Virus record (IMG/VR): IMGVR_UViG_3300008267_000055
Origin: an uncultured virus (IMG/VR IMGVR_UViG_3300008267_000055)
Taxonomy: Duplodnaviria > Heunggongvirae > Uroviricota > Caudoviricetes
Direction: 5' to 3' (one strand)
Length of the DNA: 20,000 bases
The translations under genes were made by a program, and so were the position numbers. The notes under the pieces were generated by a model that had not been told where the DNA came from, did no database searches, and worked only from the letters and a program-made list of their open reading frames with translations. Position 1 is the first letter of the stretch. Every line of letters starts with the position of its first letter. Shown one piece after another: positions 8,049 to 14,836 of this stretch.

Positions 8049-8871
8049 TAGCACATTCTATGGCCGCCGGCTGATCACGCTCTCGTGTGACTACCCGCGC
8101 TTCATCCATCCGCAGGTCATGACCTACGGCATGATCCGGAAGAGCACGTCGAGCAGCCGCGCCATCCCAGTGAAGCGGCAGCTCGAACTCTCCGCCGAGT
8201 ACGCCTACATCCCTGACGCGTTCTCTAAGAACAAGTCAGGGATGGCTGCCACGGAAGAGCTGAGCGACACGGACTACGCCCACGCCCGCGCCCTGGTGGA
8301 GTCTCACCTCAACTTCACGCGTAACATCGTGGAAAAGCTCGCAGACCTTGGCGTCCACAAGCAGCACGCCAACCGCTACCTCGAGCCCTACCTGATGACG
8401 CGCTGCATGATGACCGGCGCCTACGAAGCCTTCGAGCACCTCATCCAACAGCGCAAGCACGCCAACCTGCATGGTGAGGTGCAGCCTGAGATGTACGAGC
8501 TGGCCTGCAAGATGGACGAATCCATTAAAGCCTCCGAGTCTCAGATCCGTAAATTTCACGTCCCGTATTTTGATGGTGAAAAGCCTACGTACGAAGACGC
8601 CCTTTACGGCATCGCACGCGCTGCGCGGGACAGCTACATGCGCGAGGACGTGAGCTCTGAGTTTATGTCGCGTCTAGAGGCCCTGTGGAACGAAGGCCAC
8701 CTTGGGCCCTTTGAGCACGTAGCCTATTTTGAGTCCGTCGGATGCTACGCGGGTCCCTACATTATTCCGGCAGCTACGTCGGACGGGTCTGACGAAGTCA
8801 TGGCTGAGGACCTTTACGGATGGCGCACAGCTCGCCACATCGGACTTGAGAATCTGAAGGAGCTTTTCTGA
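8023..8871 (+). CDS. thyX: FAD-dependent thymidylate synthase-like protein (phage Thy1/ThyX family), divergent
   Basis: MIEARVVADS...YPRFIH...SSSRAIP, LGVHKQHANRYLEPY, VQPEM, HLGPFEHVA. GGAG lies upstream of ATG 8023. Confidence 0.8.
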   Translation: MIEARVVADSTFYGRRLITLSCDYPRFIHPQVMTYGMIRKSTSSSRAIPVKRQLELSAEYAYIPDAFSKNKSGMAATEELSDTDYAHARALVESHLNFTRNIVEKLADLGVHKQHANRYLEPYLMTRCMMTGAYEAFEHLIQQRKHANLHGEVQPEMYELACKMDESIKASESQIRKFHVPYFDGEKPTYEDALYGIARAARDSYMREDVSSEFMSRLEALWNEGHLGPFEHVAYFESVGCYAGPYIIPAATSDGSDEVMAEDLYGWRTARHIGLENLKELF

Positions 8872-9326
8872 TGCCGTACTTCTACATGAAGCAGCACCGA
8901 AATCCGTATTCGGACTATGAATTCCAGGATGCCTACCGGACCGGTACGACCGCCGCGCCGAGTACGACTCCTCCGGTCGAATATCCTCACCCGCAGGACG
9001 AGCGCGCCCCTAAATTCGTGTCTCGCATGGAAGGGGAGGGGCGTAAGTTCGATCAGGGAAAGCCTGATTTTACGCTGCTGCCGTGGGATTCCTTGGCTGA
9101 AGTCGTAAAAGTGCTTCAGTACGGCTGCGAAAAGTACGAGCGGGACAACTGGAAGCACGTCCCGGACGCTTTTCAGCGTTACGAGGCTGCAGGACTGCGT
9201 CACCGGGTGGCCAGGTTGAACGGCGAAGCGGTCGACCCTGAGTCAGGGCTCTCCCATCTGGCGCACGAGGCGTGTTGTCTTCTTTTCCAGCTCTGGCTCG
9301 AGCAGCAGGAAAAATCGACATCCTGA
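8871..9326 (+). CDS. dATP/dGTP diphosphohydrolase domain protein (former DUF5664)
   Basis: GRKFDQGKPDFTLLP...VLQYGCEKYERDNWK...LRH...DPESGLSHLAH. Confidence 0.88.
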   Translation: MPYFYMKQHRNPYSDYEFQDAYRTGTTAAPSTTPPVEYPHPQDERAPKFVSRMEGEGRKFDQGKPDFTLLPWDSLAEVVKVLQYGCEKYERDNWKHVPDAFQRYEAAGLRHRVARLNGEAVDPESGLSHLAHEACCLLFQLWLEQQEKSTS

Positions 9327-9335
9327 AAAAGAGCT

Positions 9336-9364
9336 TTGCATCCTGAAAAATCGGGGCGTACCTT
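9336..9364 (+). promoter_or_regulatory. Sigma70-type promoter overlapping a CATCCTGAAA box
   Basis: TTGCAT-17 nt-TACCTT upstream of AGGAGG and ATG 9385. Confidence 0.5.
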
Positions 9365-9384
9365 CTGTGAACTAGGAGGCAGCT

Positions 9385-9780
9385 ATGGAACCTGTTGCAG
9401 CACGACCCGAGGACAAGACCCTGTACGTCAAGCGCGGGCGGCGCTACCAGCCCGTGCTGGAGCACACCACCTACGACTTCATGGCAGAGGGGCACTACCT
9501 GCTGACCGTGAAGCCCGGCAGCAAGCAGCTCACGCTTCTGCTCACACCGGACGAGGCACCGCTCAAAGCCGCACTGCGCCACCCCATTGACGTGCTGGCT
9601 CAGCTGCTGTTTGAGGCATCCAAGGGACGCCCAATGCGGGAGCCCATCACGCAGAAGCAGCGGGACGCCTGGGAAAGATTCTGCAAGGAATACAAGGACG
9701 TATACTCAATCATGCTTCCCTCAGCTCAAGAGGTCGCGGAAAAGTTTCTGAAGGCTATGCTTGAGACTCCGACGGAGTAA
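9385..9780 (+). CDS. Hypothetical protein
   Basis: 131 aa, strong AGGAGG SD, GC3-rich codons. Confidence 0.75.
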   Translation: MEPVAARPEDKTLYVKRGRRYQPVLEHTTYDFMAEGHYLLTVKPGSKQLTLLLTPDEAPLKAALRHPIDVLAQLLFEASKGRPMREPITQKQRDAWERFCKEYKDVYSIMLPSAQEVAEKFLKAMLETPTE

Positions 9781-9842
9781 GGCTAGGCTGTACGGACCGC
9801 GCCCTCCAAACACTGCGCGGGAGCCAACACGGTGTTGGCGGC

Positions 9843-9874
9843 ACCCGTAACGCTTGCGTTGCGGGTTTTTATTT
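9843..9874 (+). terminator. Intrinsic terminator within a structured intergenic RNA
   Basis: ACCCGTAACG-CTTG-CGTTGCGGGT stem (CUUG tetraloop) followed by TTTTATTT. Confidence 0.7.
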
Positions 9875-9884
9875 GGAGTAAGCT

Positions 9885-10208
9885 ATGAACTGGGAACGCG
9901 TGATGTTTCAGGCCGAGTGCGATCCAGAGGGTACCGGCTGGTGCCAAATCCGGGACTGCGACCCTGCCGAGTGCTCGTGCTACGGACCAACGCAAGAAGG
10001 CTTGGAGTACAAAGTGATTGGAGACGTTCTTTACGCGCGCCCCAACCTTTCCGGGCGCATGCGTACGGCCCTTGAGAAAATCCTTCCGTACGCTGGGCGT
10101 GTCGTGGTTGATAAATCGCAACGTGAGGAGCTCAACGCTGCCGTTAAGTTCGCACTCTCCACGTTGGAGGAAGTAAATGCGGAAGACTCAGTGCCTGACC
10201 TGGGGTGA
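9885..10208 (+). CDS. Hypothetical Cys-rich protein
   Basis: 107 aa with a GGAG SD; five Cys clustered in the N-terminal part. Confidence 0.65.
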   Translation: MNWERVMFQAECDPEGTGWCQIRDCDPAECSCYGPTQEGLEYKVIGDVLYARPNLSGRMRTALEKILPYAGRVVVDKSQREELNAAVKFALSTLEEVNAEDSVPDLG

Positions 10209-10434
10209 GCCCAGACGCTGGTGTGAGCGTAGCTTACCGCCCCACTCAGTAATCATTTCGTGGGAGGAGTACGAGACACTCTGCGGGCGTAAAGACGAGG
10301 ACCCAATCGCTCCGACCTTTAACGGCGTGGGTCCAAGGCCTGCTGGTGTCTGTCCTAACTGCTGGGTTAAGTACAAAAAAGAGCTCGCCGTCGTCGAAGA
10401 CCTTTGGTTTACCGATATGAATGACGTCGACTAA
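10177..10434 (+). CDS. Hypothetical protein with a CxxC motif
   Basis: 85 aa, GGAGG SD, CPNC. Confidence 0.55.
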   Translation: MRKTQCLTWGEPRRWCERSLPPHSVIISWEEYETLCGRKDEDPIAPTFNGVGPRPAGVCPNCWVKYKKELAVVEDLWFTDMNDVD

Positions 10435-10488
10435 AAGCGTTACCCTGTGGTACTGACTTGACGGCTGTAAGGTTTTTCAGGAGGAAAC

Positions 10489-10956
10489 ATGGAACTGGAC
10501 CTCGATATCGACGCCGGCGGCATGCGCGACATTTCCGACGAGCTTGCTCGGTGCCTCGCGGACACCTTTGTCGTTTACATGAAGACCCTCGCTTTCCACT
10601 GGAACGTCGAAGGACCTAGCTTTCCTCAGCTGCACACCCTTTTTCAGGGACAGTACGAGACGCTGGCCGGGTCTATCGATCTGGTGGCCGAGCGTATCCG
10701 GGCCTTGGGTGAGATGGCCCCATGCTCCATGCGTGACCTGATCGAAATGGCGTCCATCTCGGAACAAGAGGGAGTTCCGGACGCAAACTCCATGGTCAAA
10801 ATCCTGAAGGACGACCACGAGACCATCGCACGCAACCTGCGGGCGGTTATCAGGGTTGCGCAGGAAGAGTCCGACGAGGCCACCGCTAATCTTCTTGCGG
10901 GGTTGCTGGAAGGCCACGAAAAAATGGCGTGGATGCTGCGGGCAACTGCTGGTTGA
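10489..10956 (+). CDS. dps: Dps-family (ferritin-like) DNA-protection protein
   Basis: YMKTLAFHWNVEGPSFPQLHTLF...IDLVAERIRALG...HEKMAWMLRA; the ferroxidase H/H/D/E residues are present; AGGAGG SD. Confidence 0.95.
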   Translation: MELDLDIDAGGMRDISDELARCLADTFVVYMKTLAFHWNVEGPSFPQLHTLFQGQYETLAGSIDLVAERIRALGEMAPCSMRDLIEMASISEQEGVPDANSMVKILKDDHETIARNLRAVIRVAQEESDEATANLLAGLLEGHEKMAWMLRATAG

Positions 10957-10981
10957 CATCCTGAAATTGCGCTGCTAAGTT
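10953..10981 (+). promoter_or_regulatory. Sigma70-type promoter
   Basis: TTGACA-17 nt-TAAGTT with a TGn extension; overlaps CATCCTGAAA. Confidence 0.65.
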
Positions 10982-10997
10982 TTTTCCTACGGAGGGA

Positions 10998-11351
10998 GTG
11001 ATGAAGCAGCGCAATGTTTATAGCCGGGCTTGGGAACGCTACGAGGCTCTTCTGGAACACCTTGAGTGGTTCTTGGAGAACAATCCCGAGGTCGAGTGGA
11101 ACGCGATGGAGCTGGTTGACGTGCTCGGTACGGACTACAACACTTGGCGGGCCATGGTCCGTTGGTGCCGCGAGCACATCACCCACGTCCCTTGGTTTGG
11201 ATACAGACCGCCAAAAGGTACCGCCCGAAGCGGTACTTATTTTTACCGGTCAGTGGTGTCTCCGAGAGAGTTGGCGGGGCACTCTAAAGAGTGGCAAGCA
11301 GGGTTCCTAGCAGGAATCGAATACGCGAAAGCCGGAGTGGCGAAAAGGTAA
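10998..11351 (+). CDS. Hypothetical protein; 3' end overlaps the tRNA
   Basis: 117 aa with a GGAGG SD downstream of a good promoter. Confidence 0.65.
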   Translation: MMKQRNVYSRAWERYEALLEHLEWFLENNPEVEWNAMELVDVLGTDYNTWRAMVRWCREHITHVPWFGYRPPKGTARSGTYFYRSVVSPRELAGHSKEWQAGFLAGIEYAKAGVAKR

Positions 11352-11413
11352 CCGCAGGGGACTTAAAATCCCTCGCCCTGTGGGGCTTGCGGGTTCGAAT
11401 CCCGCCTCCGGCA
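11331..11413 (+). tRNA. tRNA-Leu(TAA), CCA not encoded
   Basis: Acceptor GCCGGAG/CTCCGGC plus discriminator A; anticodon arm GGGGA-CTTAAAA-TCCCT; long variable arm GCCC-TGTG-GGGC; T arm GCGGG-TTCGAAT-CCCGC. Confidence 0.93.
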
Positions 11414-11456
11414 CGAAGCGTTTACGCCCTGTAAGTAGGCGGGTTAGATCACCCGC

Positions 11457-12578
11457 ATGAATAAGTTCAGAGAAGCACTCACTGACGCTTATCTTGCCAA
11501 GCGCCCCTCGTACGCCAGGTGCCTAGGGCGTCTTGGCAAACGCGCGCCGGAACTCTTGAACGAGTTCGACCGGAACGCCTACGAGACGCTGCTCTCGGAC
11601 ATCCGTCGGTTGGACGGCCTCCTGAAAGAGGCGGCCGTCGACACGGAAAATTACGAGGTCGAGCGGTACACCGTCAACTCTTGGTCCAAGGGGAACTTCC
11701 AGGTCAAGGCGACCCTGCGCGCCAAGGGGAAGGTCTTCAAGATCCCAGATTACGAGCCGCCGCTTTTGGATTTATCCGTAGAGGCTGGTTCAGGGATGAC
11801 AGCGCTCTGCATCCCGGACATCCACTTTGGATTTTTGTGCGAAACCAAGCTCAACGGAGAAATACCGGAGCTGGAATGGAAGACCATCCACGACGAAAAA
11901 GCCGTGGCGGTCGTTTTAGAGGTCGCCCGGCGGTACCAGCCCGAGAAAATCGTGATCTTGGGCGATTTATTGGACCTGCCTGCGCTGTCGCGGTGGGACG
12001 TCGAGCCAAAACACCGCCACCAGACCCTCACGGCGGTAAAAGCGGCGCACGCTTTTCTGAAAAAGCTGCGGGTCGCGTGCCCGGGGTCGAAAATCTTTTT
12101 GCTGGAAGGCAACCACGAGCGGCGGTTGCGGGACTACTTGGCAAAAAATGCGCCGGAGCTGCTGGGGGCGACGAGCGTCCCGGAGCTTTTGGGCTTGGGG
12201 GTGTTGGAAATTACCTACGTCGGGCCCTACGGGACCCGGCTTCCCTTGGAAAAAGGGATTTTCGCCACCCACGGCCATTTAATCGGGCGAAAAGGCGGGG
12301 AGTCGGCCGCAAAAATGCTGGGGGAATACCACCTCTCGACGATTTTCGGGCACACCCACCGCTTGGAGTTGGCGTACCACACCCACTACGACGAGCAGAA
12401 TTTAGGGGGAACGGTATTTTCGATGGGGTGCGGAACTCTGGCCAAATTAGACGGGTCGGTGCCGGGGTCGCAGCACCCAAATTGGCAGCAAGGCTTTGGG
12501 GTGCTCTGGGGCGGGGCCCCTGCTATTTATTTAATCGAGAACGGCCGGTGTCGGATGGAAGGGATTTGGATATCCTGA
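11457..12578 (+). CDS. Calcineurin-like metallophosphoesterase
   Basis: All five motifs are present: PDIH, GDLLD, GNHE, HGH, GHTH. Confidence 0.9.
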   Translation: MNKFREALTDAYLAKRPSYARCLGRLGKRAPELLNEFDRNAYETLLSDIRRLDGLLKEAAVDTENYEVERYTVNSWSKGNFQVKATLRAKGKVFKIPDYEPPLLDLSVEAGSGMTALCIPDIHFGFLCETKLNGEIPELEWKTIHDEKAVAVVLEVARRYQPEKIVILGDLLDLPALSRWDVEPKHRHQTLTAVKAAHAFLKKLRVACPGSKIFLLEGNHERRLRDYLAKNAPELLGATSVPELLGLGVLEITYVGPYGTRLPLEKGIFATHGHLIGRKGGESAAKMLGEYHLSTIFGHTHRLELAYHTHYDEQNLGGTVFSMGCGTLAKLDGSVPGSQHPNWQQGFGVLWGGAPAIYLIENGRCRMEGIWIS

Positions 12579-12618
12579 TTCCTGGTCGACCACGTAGCAC
12601 AATAAAACCTAAAATTAA

Positions 12619-12680
12619 GGCGCGGGCGCAGCCCGCGCCAAAAATAAATTAGCGCGGGCGCAGCCCGCGCAAAAATAAAA
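12619..12680. repeat. Two tandem copies of a GC hairpin followed by an A-tract (terminator-like on the minus strand)
   Basis: GCGCGGGC-GCA-GCCCGCGC followed by AAAAATAAA, at 12620 and 12652. Confidence 0.75.
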
Positions 12681-12973
12681 AACCGGCGAACGGTAAACCG
12701 AGGAGGTTTAGCGTGCGGCGGGGGTTTACGCGCGGCGAAAAAATACCCCAGCAAAAAACACGCGCCCGGGGCCCAGCGGGTCAGGGCGGGCGGGGCGAGC
12801 GGGGATTTTAAAAAACGCGCTTGGCGGGAAGATTAAAAAACATCCTGAAATCGCTTGCGGGGAAATTTTTGTGGGTGGGATGCTACAGGGGCTCAATCCT
12901 GGTCGCGTCGAACACGGTTTGGACTCGCTCACAAGCGGTCGAGAGCGAAAGTGCATGTCACTTGCATTTTCTT

Positions 12974-13002
12974 TTGACATCCGACCCGGGGGGAGTCATA
13001 CT
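12974..13002 (+). promoter_or_regulatory. Strong sigma70-type (early) promoter
   Basis: TTGACA-17 nt-CATACT with a T-rich upstream element; TSS predicted at about 13009-13010. Confidence 0.7.
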
Positions 13003-13009
13003 GCATCTC

Positions 13010-13047
13010 GTCAGCAGGTTCTTTCACAAGTAAATAGCGGGTTGGGC
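13010..13047 (+). repeat. Left arm of a 38-nt long-range inverted repeat
   Basis: GTCAGCAGGTTCTTTCACAAGTAAATAGCGGGTTGGGC, complementary to 13998-14035. Confidence 0.92.
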
Positions 13048-13084
13048 ACCAAACAGGCACGTACTGTGCCGAAGGAAGGTGCTT

Positions 13085-13987
13085 ATGCGAGACGAGTTTG
13101 ACAGTGTGTTCTCCTTCGACGCTCCCGATGAGGGGGTGTTCGTGAGCTTCGTCCCGAAGATCAAGACAAAGCACGGGCGCATCCTCGCGTTGCGGTCGTG
13201 CTTCAGGGGGTCTCAGGGGGCGTCCAACTTCACCGACGCCGTGATGCTCGATCTGACCGATGAGGCCAGAGTCGCGTGGAAGGCGGTGACTGACGAGGCC
13301 TTCAGCGAGCGGGTCACGACCGCTTGCAAAGAGGCGGGCAGGCTCTGGTGGCGCTCTCTCTCGAAAGAGGAGCAGGACGCCACCAAGGCGGAGTGGGAGC
13401 AGGCGAAGCTCGAAGCTGCCGCGCGCAAAGCCGCCAAGGCTGAGCGCAAGGCCAACGACGGGCGAGTCGAAGGGGAGGTCGACGAGGGCAACCTCGGGGA
13501 CCAGATCGACAAGGTCCGGAACGCTGACGCTCCCAAGCCTGACAAGGCGCGGGAGCCCAAGACTCCGGAAGAGTGGCGAGAGCTGAAGAAAGAGGCTCTC
13601 GCGGAAGGTCGGGAGTGGGAGAGTGGGATTCAGCCTGACTTTGAAGAAGCGGCTGAGTTGCTCGCGGACAAGGCGCTGTCCAAGGCCTTCAAGCCTGGCG
13701 ACAAGCGCAAGACCGACATCCAGTTCAAGGCGGTCTGGGACGCCGTGAGGCACGGCTACCCGGTCTGGCACGACGACGATGTTGCAGACTTGTTCGGTCC
13801 CATCGGGCTGGCAAAGTGGAAGGCCGACAAGGCCGAACACGGAGAGAGCTCGAAGAATGACAAGGTTGTCCGCATGGCGCGCTTCAGAGTCGGGCGGGAG
13901 TTGGAGGTCATCCGCGAGGAGGCTGCCAAGAGAAGCAAGACCGAGTATGAGCGCATGATGGACGAGTTGGTCATCGACGCTAGCTGA
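13085..13987 (+). CDS. Hypothetical charged protein, first gene after the strong promoter
   Basis: About 300 aa, AAGGAAGG upstream, GC3-rich codons; GTG at 13079 is an alternative start. Confidence 0.8.
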   Translation: MRDEFDSVFSFDAPDEGVFVSFVPKIKTKHGRILALRSCFRGSQGASNFTDAVMLDLTDEARVAWKAVTDEAFSERVTTACKEAGRLWWRSLSKEEQDATKAEWEQAKLEAAARKAAKAERKANDGRVEGEVDEGNLGDQIDKVRNADAPKPDKAREPKTPEEWRELKKEALAEGREWESGIQPDFEEAAELLADKALSKAFKPGDKRKTDIQFKAVWDAVRHGYPVWHDDDVADLFGPIGLAKWKADKAEHGESSKNDKVVRMARFRVGRELEVIREEAAKRSKTEYERMMDELVIDAS

Positions 13988-13997
13988 GTAGAATGAA

Positions 13998-14035
13998 GCC
14001 CAACCCGCTGTTTACTTGTGAAGGAACCTGCCGAC
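13998..14035 (+). repeat. Right arm of the 38-nt long-range inverted repeat
   Basis: GCCCAACCCGCTGTTTACTTGTGAAGGAACCTGCCGAC; 35 Watson-Crick pairs, 2 G-U and 1 A-C with the left arm. Confidence 0.92.
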
Positions 14036-14086
14036 ACCGCTCGCACGGTGCGAGCGGTTTGGCGAGAAACGAGAGGAGACGAGACC

Positions 14087-14305
14087 ATGACGAACGTGTT
14101 TATCAGCATCCGCGACGGAGAGAAGCTTGACAACCTGCTGGCAGAGCAAGGCCTGCAGAAGTGGAACGTGGAGGCGGTCGACGCCTCCACGTGGTCGGGC
14201 GGTCCGATCCTCGGGCGCCTCCCCGAGTCAGGGCTGCTCGTGACCGGCAAGCTGGAGACTCCGTGGCACGAGGAGTTCTGCGGCCTGCAGATCCTCGCAG
14301 TCTGA
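14087..14305 (+). CDS. Hypothetical protein, TWSGGP/TPWHEEF family (paralog of 17260-17484)
   Basis: AGGAG SD, 72 aa, clear paralog elsewhere in the window. Confidence 0.85.
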   Translation: MTNVFISIRDGEKLDNLLAEQGLQKWNVEAVDASTWSGGPILGRLPESGLLVTGKLETPWHEEFCGLQILAV

Positions 14306-14309
14306 GGCA

Positions 14310-14377
14310 GGCCGAAACCTAGGGGCGACGCGAGTCGCCCCTACGGTCCGCGAGTAGGTGCTCGCGCTGATGAGGCC
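14310..14377 (+). ncRNA. Hammerhead ribozyme, type II; predicted cleavage after C14348
   Basis: GGCC-GAAA-CC-TAGGGGCGAC[GCGA]GTCGCCCCTA-C-GG-TC^-CGCGAG[TAGGTG]CTCGCG-CTGATGA-GGCC. The full catalytic core and stems I-III are present. Confidence 0.88.
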
Positions 14378-14390
14378 AAAGGAGACGAAC

Positions 14391-14474
14391 ATGAGAGACG
14401 CAGGCGAGCTGGTCGTGGGTTGGGTGGTCGGTGGGATCTTGTGGTTCGGTCCGTGGTGGTACTTCCTGAGCTGA
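14391..14474 (+). CDS. Small hydrophobic peptide (27 aa)
   Basis: AAGGAG SD; MRDAGELVVGWVVGGILWFGPWWYFLS*; not in the ORF track. Confidence 0.6.
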   Translation: MRDAGELVVGWVVGGILWFGPWWYFLS

Positions 14475-14580
14475 AGCCACCACGTACAACGCGAGCGCGA
14501 CGCAAGCTGATCGTCGCGCTCGCTCGCTCGCTCGCTCGCACGTTGCGCGCTGAGCCTCAACCCTTGACTCGGAGAACAGC

Positions 14581-14793
14581 ATGAAAGAGACGTTCACCTT
14601 CCTCGCGCTCGCGTTCGCGCTCGCGTTCGCGATCACCCTTGCGGACGTCGCGCTCGCGCATCGCATGCGCGAGATCCCGATGCTGCTCGCGTGCGAGGTG
14701 CTGCTAGGCATCTCGCTCGCTGGTCGCGCCATCGCTTCCGATCGCGAGCGTCGCGCGGAAGCGAGAGAGCGCGAGCGCGAGAGCTCTCGCTGA
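14581..14793 (+). CDS. Small putative membrane protein
   Basis: GGAG SD; hydrophobic segments and a charged tail. It lies in low-complexity DNA, so the call is uncertain. Confidence 0.5.
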   Translation: MKETFTFLALAFALAFAITLADVALAHRMREIPMLLACEVLLGISLAGRAIASDRERRAEARERERESSR

Positions 14794-14800
14794 AGCAAGA

Positions 14801-14836
14801 GAACGCAGTAGAACGCGCGCGCGTTCTACTGCGTTC
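14801..14836. repeat. Perfect 36-bp palindrome with an alternating CG core
   Basis: GAACGCAGTAGAAC-GCGCGCGC-GTTCTACTGCGTTC. A further half-site ACGCAGTAGAA(CG)8 lies at 14890-14916. Confidence 0.9.

Noticed and set aside
9797..9820. tRNA-Trp-like loop CTCCAAA, or an HDV-like ribozyme
   Set aside because: There is no anticodon stem, T arm or acceptor stem, and the stem and loop lengths do not fit the canonical HDV P1/P3/L3 geometry.
11519..12652. 377-aa alternate-frame ORF
   Set aside because: R/G/P-rich shadow of the metallophosphoesterase, with no SD or motifs.
12929..13840. 303-aa antisense ORF
   Set aside because: Mirror of the plus-strand gene, which has the promoter, SD and codon bias.
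13010..14035. IS or transposon interpretation of the 38-nt inverted repeat
   Set aside because: No target-site duplication and no recognisable transposase motifs in the enclosed ORF. Disfavoured rather than excluded.
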